The position numbers and the translations under genes are program-made. Below the pieces are notes generated by a model. The model was given only the letters and a program-made list of their open reading frames with translations. It did no database searches and had not been told where the DNA came from. Positions 36,275-47,630 of a stretch of 64,000 nt of DNA are shown here, piece after piece; positions within the stretch are counted from its first letter, which is position 1, and the number at the start of each line of letters is the position of its first letter. The DNA is from Phoronis australis (Eukaryota; Animalia; Phoronida), in assembly GCA_002633005.1 (NCBI GenBank), contig NMRA01000058.1, positions 349,585-413,584 on the forward strand, read 5' to 3'.

Positions 36275-39200
36275 CCGTAAACGTTCGGGTTAACGCCCAT
36301 ACTCACTTAACCACCCATCCCCTACTTTAGGTGGATTTTCGATTTAACCGCCCATTGCTCGGTTAACCACCCCTCTGCGATTTTTGAAGATTTCCAGTTA
36401 AGCGCCCACCTCTCGGTTAAGTGCCCATCCCCGACTTTTGAAGATTGATGATTACACGTGATTACCCATTTTTAGATAAAAATCGATGATAATAAAGAAT
36501 GCAATGACAGCGTTGAAGACAATGGTTTGGCAATGTGAATTATAATACAAGTAACAAATTATTGTCCCGGGTCATGGATTTGCTTCAAAATGTAATACCT
36601 TGAACGCTTTGTCACTTTATTTTCCTCCCATGTTCGCAAAACTAAGAACCCCGCTGGGTGCCGTCTGCCGCGCTAAGTTTCCGCCTGTAGTGCTCTGGAT
36701 AAAACATATATTCGAAAAAATAAAGCCAAAGAAACGTGACACTGATCTTGCCAACACTCCTAAGTCGCTTTAGGTGGGAAGCTCTCGGATTTCGAAGAAT
36801 TGCCTTAACTTTGTGAATATTGTTTCTACCTGCCTTTTTAGCGATCTCCCGAATAATTTTGTTTCTTCACTGGCTAGTTTCAACCGGAAAAACATCCTTC
36901 CCATTCGAGTTTGAAATATCTATGACGTAGGCTGACTGAAAATTGACCTATCGCCAGGATTTGGAGTGACGGCTTAACTGACCATTTGGAACGCAGCATT
37001 ATTGACGCACATTCGTTTCCAAGCCGCCGTTTTACCCGACAAACAAAACGTTGCCGGGTAAAACTTGTTTGTTAGTCGACATTACACAAGGGGGCGGAGC
37101 TCTTGCGATAGGTTAATTGGCAGCAGAGGGGGTGAACCCCTAAGGCCTAGGGAACATCGAGCCGCGAATTATCAAACTGAAACTTTGCATCACAGTTTTG
37201 GGGTACGTTGTTTTTTTTTTTAAAGAGCAGGAGGCCCAAGTTCAGTGTCAAATAAACACCTGGTCAGCTTAAACCTACAGTCAAGCTGCTGTCGCTGTTT
37301 TCTTTTGATGTGTGACTTTGGAGCGGTGCGCGCGCGTGAGATCCCACGCTCTGGAGTGGAAGTTACCTTGACTGCACATTTGATTGACATGTGACTCATA
37401 TGCGCGTGCTCAACCCTGGAAAGAAGGTCTTGAGAATCTGTTTGCCGCTGTCTTTTGCCATAAAAAACGATACGCACATTGAGCAGGCCGATTACTTTCC
37501 GACATTTCCAAGGTGCAATCGTTTGCGGGGACATTGCGCACAAACAGCGGGACCAAACAAGGTCGCAATACGATATTGTAGGTTATATAATAGGATAATC
37601 TGGAAATCTTGCAAGTAAAATAAAAATGTTTTTTCCACCCCAAAATTTGGTAAGTTGATCGTTTAACAATGAATAGAAACATCGCTGTTTTTTGAAATTT
37701 TATCACATATGTATGCCGTGGCCCGTACATTGAAAATTTCAGGTCGCATGTTACGACTAAGTACAAGATGACCAAAATCTCGACTAGCATTTTCAAAATT
37801 CAGGTCGCCAATGCGACCTGCAGCTCGTTATGCCTAGCGCCGAGTCCTGTTTCCAACAACACCGACCCAGTAAGGATGCTTTGCTCATTGGAACAAACCA
37901 TTGGAGCCGGTTACTCGAATAATGGGGGCATCGTCTTCGAATTACCGACTCAGCTACTTGTGTATGAACTACTTCTTTCTCAGACTTTACTATACGGGTT
38001 CATTAGACTCCCATTTATATTGTTAGTATTTTTAACATTAAATTCTTAAGCACTTTTTTGAGTAATGCCTTTGCAGTAACTTTTGATTGACGATTGGCTG
38101 ATGTCTGCCAACCTCCGCCGGGCGGTCAAAATAAAACAGCCGTAGAACCTTACGTTGAAAATGTCATTGAATCACGGAGTCTCGAACATAAACATCCCAA
38201 ACGCAAAAAACACCTTAATTAGTTTTCCAAACTTTAATTACAACAGTGGCGGATCTAGGATATCACAAGGGGGGGCCAAAATTTTGTCTGAAAACATTTG
38301 TGCAAAGCACGATTAGATGCGAATGGGGGGAGGTCGGGAGGGGGGTTTGCCCGGGAAAATTTTTGTTTTTTCCTCTAAAAATCAAGCATTTTCCTTTATT
38401 CCTGAAGTATTATCCAAGAACAAAAACCACGGCGAACGTGTCACACATGAAAAACTGCGCTTATCACAGACTCGAACTCACGATCTGGCGGTTAGAGCGC
38501 GCTTACTTTACCACTGCACCACGATTTCACTCCTAAGTTGGTAACAAGAGACCTACTTGTTTATGGTCCACAGCGTTTGCGCGCTAAACCTACTTTTTTT
38601 GTAATGCTTATTGCACTTTTAATATTTTGTGCAATCAATTCGTAACAAATTTGTTGTATTTAAAATAGTCTTCAATTCCCCAAAAAAAATTCAGTTTTTT
38701 GTGTTGGCATTAATGACGCGAGTGCTTTGGAAATCGTCTTAAGTTAAGGTTTGACAAAGAGAGAATTATGAGTTTCTGAGTGATTCACTAAGGCTTCGAT
38801 TAAAATTCACATCTTACCAGCAGCTTCTGTTTTTTCATCGTCACTCAGATTCCATTTTCTTTAAAAAAATGAAGTAATTTTCTTCATTGCACAGTGAAGC
38901 AGACGATGGAAACGGAATCGTAGTGCCCAGCGCCACTGCCGGTCACCTGGGATATCGCGGGAGAGCCTATACTTAGCCATAGTTTCGTTATGATTGAGCC
39001 GTGTTCCGAATTTGACACTTGAAATTGGATCTGACCCCCCCCAAACACACTAAAACAGCACACATTTAAATCTTGTTTTCGCCGTATAATGTTAATTACC
39101 TGGGTTAATTACTAAACTCAACATTTCCCTACACTCTCGCTGTTTTGCTGTTAGTATTTTTTGCGGCAGCCAAGGGGGGGGGGGGGGGCCGGGCCCTCTG

Positions 39201-39777
39201 GGCCCCCCCCTAAATCCGCCAATTTACAAATAGTTTAAAACTGCTCTCTAACTCAGGACTCAACAACTAACTCGTGACTCTGCTGTGACCTACGCAGCAC
39301 GTGAAGCTTGCACGCGTGCACTTTGCACTGTCACGACGTCAGTGAAGAGTTTCTATCCAAGTGGAGTGCTGCATAGTCGTTTGCGCTCTACAGGTACAGC
39401 TCTAACAAGACGGCAGAGCGGCATGGGCTATTACTCAGCAATTTTGTAAATTTAACTGAAATAATTAATCTGAGGGCAACAGAACCTTTGTTGGGATCAT
39501 CCGCTGTTTTGGCATTCAATTACCGTCATTTGGCGACATGGCGAAAGCTCGGAAAAGTGCTACGCGCTCCAACTACGTGTGGAGACTGGGATCATGAGGT
39601 AAGATTAACCGCCCTGGGCGGTTGTCTGTCGTAATAAGCGCCCATGTTCGGTTAACCGCCCACCCGATTTCTTAAAATTTCACGTTTAAGCGCCCAATTT
39701 GTCTGGTTAACCGCCCAACCCCGAATTTTTGGGTTTGCCAACTTAACCGCCCAGGGCGTTAACCCGAATGTTTACGG
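36275..39777. mobile_element. Non-autonomous pogo-like element with CCGTA termini, copy 2
   Basis: TA|CCGTAAACGTTCGGGTTAACGCCC ... GGGCGTTAACCCGAATGTTTACGG|TA; arms homologous to 16728-20198, interior different. Confidence 0.85.
38244..39224. mobile_element. 5-bp-TSD (hAT5-like) non-autonomous element nested in pogo-like copy 2, containing a tRNA-like cassette (38461-38527, minus)
   Basis: CAGTGGCGGATCTAGG ... CCTAAATCCGCCAATT; TACAA duplicated (38239-38243, 39225-39229); the uninterrupted site is visible in copy 1 at ~19570-19610. Confidence 0.8.
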
Positions 39778-41481
39778 TAAAACAAAAGAAAGTAGACTTG
39801 AGTTTAAAAAGAAGCTGGCGATTGTTTTGGAAATGGTCCTTTGCCAAGATGAACCCAAGTTAGCGTTTTTAGTTATTTTGTAAAATCTAACATGTCACCA
39901 AACCCATATTTTCAATAATTCAGGCTGTAACGCCATGCAGATGTCAGAGAAAATTAATTTCAGGGTAATAACAGCCACCAACATTGAGAAATTAGAGCTT
40001 ACCATTACCTTTTTCATTAGCTTGAATACAAAGGGTGTGCTGAATAAGCATTATAATAGTTACCTGAAGGCAAAGGGAATTTCAGTGGTAACTAGGGTAA
40101 CCAGTGTAATCAAGAAATTCTCCTTATGCATAGCAGGACCACGATGGATTTCACAATCTTAGTTTGTATTAGTACACTGAGCCATTGAAACAATCAGTGG
40201 AAGAAAGGAGATGAATTAAATGTAATGCAAGAAAATTTACTCTCATGAGACAACTCTTAAACTAACACTTGGGATTTTGTTACCCCAAGGCCTAAGCCAG
40301 CAAAGCCAGACTGTGACTAACCCGTCCTAATTGATTCACAAATTAATGCTCATGGCTTACCTGCGATGCTGAAGAAAACCTATTTGAAAATTTCTCTTAT
40401 AATGCATCGAGTTTGAAAATACAAAGATGGATACTTTTTGCTTTCCAATTTTAAAAACAGTCATGATGCCATACTTATTGTTCGTTCTTTTTTACTTTGA
40501 AACTCGTATGCGAAACAGGCATGTTAATATGCTGAGGACTTTGCTAGATACTGTGGGGGTAAGCATTGCATGTTTTCTCATCCACTGGCATGCAAATCCT
40601 GTTAGCACAAGATTTGCTTAAAGTCAAATGTATATTACAGTTAAATAAATTTATCTTAATCTATTTTGCTCGAGGTATGCCACGAGGTATTAGGCCATGG
40701 GTCGTGGGCCACAGGAGGCCTAGGAAACCACTTCTGTGACCATTTTAGGGGGACAATTTAATTCAGGTGTTTTTGATGTCACAAATAATTGTACTTTATG
40801 AATCAAAAAAGTTCCCACGTTTAAACTTGCACATTTTTGTGAAATTTGATGTTAAAATTGTGCCGATTCTGCAAATTTTACATGGAATTAAATAAGTTAG
40901 AAAAGAAGAAAATTAAGTGCCCACAAAGGATGATACTGCAGATTATATTCCTACAGGCTGTATAAGTCATAATAAACACAAACGTTGTTATATTTTTCAA
41001 TTAAAACGTAGAATTATGGAAGAAATGTGAATTTATGGGTGCCACCTGTTGATGAAATATGAAACTACCATTCATAGTGTTTGTATGCTGTTTTACTGTT
41101 GGTGAAACTACAATTATCAAACTGATTGTGCCTCACCTTTATTTTATCACACATTTACTAATCTGCTACAAGTCCAAAGCATTACAATTTTTCAAGAAAT
41201 GGCGACCAAATGTATAGAAAAGCAACAAATGCAATTGGATGAAGTACAAAATGCCGAGAAATTAACAAGATAAAAATCCATTACTAGAGATGTAAATATG
41301 AAAATAGAAAAATGTTTCACAAATCACCAGGCTCACTGGGCCAGTTACTAACCTGGTTTCTGTCTCTTGATGAGATGTCTTTCCAAGTTCCTGGGATGCA
41401 AGTCCATCACACTGTTACTCATCATCTGATTCAATTTCATCACTAAATTTGACATTCCCACAGTTTTGGCACTTGCACATT

Positions 41482-41925
41482 TCAGTGCATTTCAGTCCAG
41501 CATTTACAAAAGAACAAATAATTGTTTAACAACAATTCACTCTGATTCCGTTTTGGACTAAGGAATTGTAGAATAGGGTATATTCTCTGTAATTTCAATT
41601 TCAGATTTCTAGTTCGGACACACACATTACAACCTCTTTTGGATAAAGTTTCCTTGAGGAGTGACTTTAACTGAGTCAAATGCAATATTTCCCCATGCGA
41701 TATTATTTGTTGCTCCACAACTTCAAAGCAAAACTCTTGAAATACATGTGTGAAAATTTCACTACCGTTAGATTTCTGTTTTATCAGTAGTCTTGTGAAG
41801 CTTTTGTAGCAAGAACGATGGTATTTGACTTCCAGTGCTACCAGATCTCTTCCCTGTACTCTGATCAAAAGGTCCATGCCATTTCCTGCCTTAGAAGCAT
41901 CCAAAAACAACCTACCTACAACCAA
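41482..41925 (-). pseudogene. Academ transposase fragment
   Basis: DLVAxExKYHxxCY motif typical of Academ transposase N-terminal region; no catalytic region present. Confidence 0.75.
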
Positions 41926-42521
41926 GCAAATTTAGAGCAAGTTTAAAAATATGGAAAGCATTGTAGGCTTGTCCTACAAAATGATAGATGCACGGCCTAG
42001 CGTGTTGTGCTCAAAAGTGAAAAAGATACCCTTGGATTTGTGTGCAAAATGGTCTTAAAAACAAATTTTTGTTTGAAAATTAACATACAATTTCAGATAT
42101 GCACACAAATCTTTACAATCATGCAAGTATTCTAAATTACACTTTCACTCAAATAAATTTTGTTATTTCAAAAAACACATAAAAGTAGAACTTTTGATAA
42201 TAGTGTTCCAACAACACTGTACAAAATAACTTTGAATGCAAATCAACAACAAACTATGTTGAATGAGTAAAAACTCAATAAAAATGACTGTTCTCAAAAT
42301 ATTTGCTAGGTGCTTTGTTATTCTTCAACCATATGTGAGAAGCTGCACCTACATTTGAAATTCAGGCACCTATCCCCTTTTTAGCAAAACCTGAGAGTAA
42401 AAGTAGCTTGAAAATGTTAAAGGTGGTGCTCCAGATATAGGTGCATCCTGTAGTCAATAATTAAATTATAGTAGAACTAGTAAAACTGAAACTTGAGGAG
42501 CATTGGTACTAAAATATATTA

Positions 42522-44201
42522 CATGTTGTGAACACATCCACTACCACAAGAAACTGTTGGAACACCCCATTTATCCACCTTCACTCTTATCAGGCTTCTA
42601 TTGTTAGTCAGCATGCGTGAATAATGGGCTGATAAGCCACCTATGGAACTACTTTTGGCTGAATGGATGACCAGGCCATAAAATGATAATTAGCCAAGAC
42701 CAGTAAAATAATTCAACAAAGAATAATGTGGTAGCATCACCTAGCCTTGGTAGAAAGCTGTATACTGTATTGGCTCTAATGAATGCTTAGAAAAATTCAT
42801 TTCACAGGGAGGGGACCCTTGTTGTAGCCTAAGGCAGTTGAAACCTGGTTTCCGAAACAGGTAAAATTGGAAGCTAGGATGCATCAAATTTACGCTGTGA
42901 CGTATTTGTAGCCTATGACAGTTTTTCTACAAAATTGTGGTGCATTGCTAGCAAACTCCGTTGTTAAATTACGATCATTTTTCAAAACATTGTGCTGAAA
43001 TCCCAGGGCTGAATCACGATCGTCAATAGAAAAACTTGAATTCTTGAATAAAAATATAGTTTCGACTCAACAATTTACCTGAAATCTTCCTTATGTTTTA
43101 CAATTTTATTGCGATTAAGTCCAAATCTGTGCTACATCGTACCCCACATGAGAAAAATCTCTGGATGAACACACATATTGTTGTCACGTGACGTTTGTTT
43201 TGAAGTTCGTCTGCGTATGAAAGTGAGTGAGCGACCGCGTGCGAGTCATCAAAGACAGACTTTTTTGTTACAAAAGGCGGAGGATAATGCAAGAAAAAAG
43301 CGTTTATTAAATTGTTTTTCACTTAAACGGCTGCAACGCACAAAGTGAGTGGCGGTTAACTCACAGATTTTGTGTGCATAGGCCAACGGTCATTACCTCT
43401 ACCATGGAGTAAGACATTAATAGTCCTGGGCTCTATCTACATGTTGGGGACGAGGTGAACTACCCGGGCTGTGTGAATTTTCTGGGTCTAACGAAGACAC
43501 TGACACAGTGGTCAGCCAGCTCGCTGTATCAAGATTATCCTCAAAATCCAAATTCGTTTTATCGTGTCCCTGTCAATAATAACGGCATGCTAAAGTTTCT
43601 TAATGTTCGTACTTCAGGAACATAACAATCACGTGTTTTGTATACATACGCGCACGCCGCAGATCACATCTAGTAAACTTCCAATTTGACAGATGACAAT
43701 GAATGAGCACAATGAAATAATACGTCATTTTACAGGTTGTAAGAGCTATAATAAACATATTTTGAATATTGCAATGCATGTGTTCCAAAATTTAAATAAC
43801 TTGAGTCCTATATTTTTGTATTTGTGCGCGCTGAATGAAAGTAATCGCAAGTGTTGCTGTGTTGCTAAGTCTCTTATCCTGGACCGATTTGAAAAATTCA
43901 AAGTTGTACCAACATTTTTTTTCTCCTCTTTTCAAATATTACACTCAAAACTATGTAAAACGCTCTCCGTAAAAAGTACGGTCATCTAGGCTAGATTGTA
44001 ATCAGCTGATAGTATCCGCATGAGCGAAGCCAATTATCGTCGCTCGTGACTCGATGAATAGAGCAGCTAGACGGGATCCCTTTGATCGTGAGCTCAGCCA
44101 AGGTGGATAAATACGGTCTAGTTCAATCGGCCAAACCCCACAGTTTTCCCTGATCAGTGGGGTTTGACAAGATCTCATTTAGTGGGAGTGTTTATAGCAT
44201 G
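42522..44201. mobile_element. 1.7-kb non-coding TIR element with CATG termini, copy 1 (nested in Academ)
   Basis: CATGTTGTGAACACATCCACTA / TAGTGGGAGTGTTTATAGCATG; collinear over its full length with 54077-55804. Confidence 0.75.
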
Positions 44202-44204
44202 AAA

Positions 44205-44790
44205 ATATCCCCACGTTTCGAGCAATGCGCTCTTTGTCAAGGGTGTGCTGTGGACTATTTTATATTTTTATTCGTCGGTAACTGCACGGCATTCCAACAT
44301 CTATGTGATTTCAATTATTACATTGATGGCCAATCACCTGGGCCCAGGGTGTAATCTCCGAACTCAGACTCAAAGCCTAATTATCCAAAGTGCACAATAC
44401 AAGTGAATTTACCAGAATTGTGGCATGCAATTGGTCACTTTTCGAGCTGAGCTTCGAGTATGGAGCTCACCTCTCCCCCATCCCTGGACATTACAAAAAG
44501 TGTAATTTTGATAGATATCTTACACCGTGCCCAGTGTTATGGTTACTGAGAAAATACCAATGGACACTGAAGAAAATGGTCACCTTGTTACTGGATTATG
44601 TGTCCTACCTGAATTTGAATGCCATCGCACGGACAGATTATTCAGTGAATTATCTGGATGCTCGATTCAAACACAAGCAGGCCAGACACAGAATCCAGGG
44701 AACACAGTCTTTTTACCAGTTGTGCATATGAGGGCTTAATTCCAGTCAGTTCCTACCTTAGCCAACTCGCACCCAAGTCAACTAGTACAG
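44205..44790. repeat. Possible decayed Penelope-like fragment
   Basis: Minus-strand hammerhead relic TTGACAA-GAGC..GCTC-GAAACGT at 44213-44242; plus-strand YLN..SVNYLD..NSHP resembles a PLE RT C-terminal part. Confidence 0.35.
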
Positions 44791-45641
44791 GCTGTGCTAA
44801 AAACATTACTAATAAATTTTCATTTCATTCACTAAATAACTGGTAATATTGAGTCGTTTTGCATAAATATGGCACGATTGATTTTAATCATTGCTTTGCC
44901 AAATTACATAGTTTTGAAATACTTTTGAAATTTGATTTGGGTACGTGTTGACTTGGGAATGAAGTGACCTGTTTCCGATTGAGGCACCGACTCAGTGACT
45001 TGCATCAATTTATCATATTCCCACGAAAAATTTAACACTCACCATCATCTTGGTCGTAATCAGGAGGTTCTATTCTCGACATACTTTATCAATAAGTTTC
45101 GCAATCTTTCCTCAGAGTCTCTGGTCTTTCAATCTTTGTAACGCCAGTAAGCTTGTATAAAATGATTTGGAACCCACGCCAATCCCTGAAGTTACTTGGT
45201 GCAAATGCCAACTGGTGACACACATTGTGCTCATTACTGTCATCTCCAAGGGAAAGTCACTCTTTCACACAGTCAATGCTCTTTGCACATCTCAGTTTCG
45301 AGAAACTCAACAAATCAGATGAATTTAGTGCTTGAAAGTGTATGAAGCATCTATTGACAGCATTAAGGGAGCCGCCATGTTAGGTCTGCAGTTACTTGTG
45401 ATTGGCTTAAAATGCCATCTTGTGCTAGTCTTTTGTTGGATTTAGTGCTACCTCTTGTTCAATAATGTAACATTTGGACTTGCAAAAAACTGTTTTCTAC
45501 AAAAAATGTGCAACTTAACACGTGGGAACTTTTCAGGTATCAATTGCTTAATGGTATATCTAGCCATACAGAAAAAAATCTCAAGTTGCCCCCCTGAAAT
45601 GGTCACAGGATGAAAAGACTGGAGCTACAGCCCATGGCCTA

Positions 45642-46830
45642 TATGTTGTAGAGTAAAACAAGATGAGAATTGCAAATAATGTCATTTATTATGACATAAG
45701 TAGAACTAAAGAAGACTCTGCAAGATGAGCATGGAAAAAAACACCATGAGCGTGTACAGTGAATTGCCCTTAATGACGGAACCAAAACAAAAAATTTAAG
45801 AACTGCCGGAAGTGCCTAAGAAAAATGTACAAAGAAATGATTATAATCAAAACAAAAAAAATTTGAAAAGGCCTAACAGGAAATGTATAATACAAAAAAA
45901 TTACAGCCACTCGGGACTGAGGGTGGGTTAAAATTCAAAGGAAAAACGTATGTCTTGCAGACAACGAGGTAGGTGGCCACGTTATACTGAACATTAAGGA
46001 AGTCGAGTGTCGAGTAGAGAAATATATTTATGATCGACATATGTCTCAAATAATAGATAAATGATATGTGCATCGCAAGCTCGTTACCAGAGATGAAAAG
46101 GAGACGGAGGTAGGCGATATAAGGTCATTTATTACAACTAGTACAATTACAATATAATGAATACAGGTAAATAAGGTATAATTGGTAATCTCTGTCAAGA
46201 TGGGCAATAAAAAAGCGACGGCCACGTGGAAGTACGCGAGAATGACGAAAACTGGGAGGTAGAGGGTGGGAAAATTGAATACGTTTTTGAACGTACGACA
46301 ATGTGGCCGGAACAAAGATGAACTGAAAGCGAGGTTACCATAACAAAGAAAACACCCCCAAGTGACAATCATCAGCCTACAAGAGCCAAGAGCTGACCAA
46401 ACTCGAGGCACGTGATAACAACAGACCAATACGAAGGCTGGGAAAACGACGTAAGGTCCTACACAAAGGAACAATGGAATAGACTGAAATGAGGGGGGAA
46501 AGGAGTAAGATGGGTCCATATGCTCACATAAATATATTTAACGAGTGAAATACCATTTATCATCGACATATGTTACGAATAATAGATAAATGATACGTGC
46601 ATCGCAAGCTCGTTACCAGAGATGAGAAGGAGACAGAGGTATGCGATATAAGGTCATTTATTATGACTAGTACAATTACAATATAATGAATACAGGTAAA
46701 TAACATATAATTAGTAATCTCTGGTAAGATGGGCAATAAAAAAGCGCCACAAGAGATATTGTAAGACAGCTCATGCCCATCCGCAGGGACGCACGAAGGG
46801 AGAGAAATGGAAGGAATAGTGTGCAAGACT
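45642..46830 (-). repeat. Purine-skewed repeat with internal ~190-bp direct repeat, end shared with the Ngaro remnant
   Basis: 46030-46220 matches 46556-46748; 45642-45750 matches 57386-57495. Confidence 0.6.
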
Positions 46831-46859
46831 ACTTACAAACGCTGTCAGCCGGATACCTA

Positions 46860-47470
46860 TCAGCTAAATCACAATCAAGGTACATATTCGAGAGTTGACT
46901 GTGTTATGGTCTCAAATAATTTTTTTTGATCACTTACCAAATGCAAACTGAATCTCATATGCAAATTTATCCATGTTTTTGTCTATGAATTTCAAGCATT
47001 TTTAACATTATGAGTGGCCATTTTAAAAATTACAATTTTCAGTTGTCAACTGTAGAAAAGAAATTTATTTTATCAACTAAGCAATTGCTTAGACATAACT
47101 GGGTATAACTTGAGTCACTTTCAGAGTCAATTAGATGAGAAATGGCAAGGTTCATCATAAAACAGGCACTCGTTAAATTCGTGAGGCTTTACATATCAGT
47201 TGGTGCAAGCCCAATCTCAATAGGCAACTGACACACCACAGGTTGTCATTGTTGGTCTAGTTCATTGTTACTCCCTGTAACTGACTGTATCTGTGCTTCA
47301 TTACTTGTTGCTGGGCCTAGCTAGGTGGCCACTGTATTATGACTTCTGAGGATGGTGTTTAATAAATGACACCGAAACATGTCAAGTTTTAAAACCGTTG
47401 TTGTTTTCTTGAATATATGCTACTACTTGCTATCATGGAGATCACTTGGTAAGTGAGCAACACCGGTCAT
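46860..47470 (+). mobile_element. Penelope-like retroelement 3' fragment
   Basis: IREALHISWCKPNLNRQLTHHRLSLLV* at ~47177-47260 (EALxIxxxKPxLN, PLE GIY-YIG C-terminus), followed by a hammerhead motif and a GGTAAGT donor-like site. Left boundary uncertain. Confidence 0.7.
47342..47387 (+). ncRNA. Minimal type I hammerhead ribozyme
   Basis: ACTT-CTGAGGA-T-GGTGT..ACACC-GAAAC-AT-GTC-AAGT: conserved core, stem I ACTT/AAGT, stem II GGTGT/ACACC, palindromic stem III ACATGT, predicted cleavage after GUC (47383). Confidence 0.8.
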
Positions 47471-47630
47471 AGACAGTTTCCTTCCTTAAAAATGTTAGGT
47501 TAAAAGGGTGTTTATTGCAAATACTTTTGTTTTGAGTGAAATATTTAAGCATTTGTGTAGTGTACCTACCCCTATATTTACTTGGCGGAATTCTTTAAAT
47601 TCTGACAAATATATTGCTCTGCCATCAAGT

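Larger units (their letters stand above)
40691..45641 (-). mobile_element. Academ DNA transposon, internally deleted and carrying nested insertions
   Basis: TAGGCCATGGG / CCCATGGCCTA termini, long imperfect TIR blocks, 3-bp TSD TAT; transposase remnants CFIHF..LLSFS (~45350) and GRDLVALEVKYHRSCYKSFTR (41482-41925). Confidence 0.85.
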
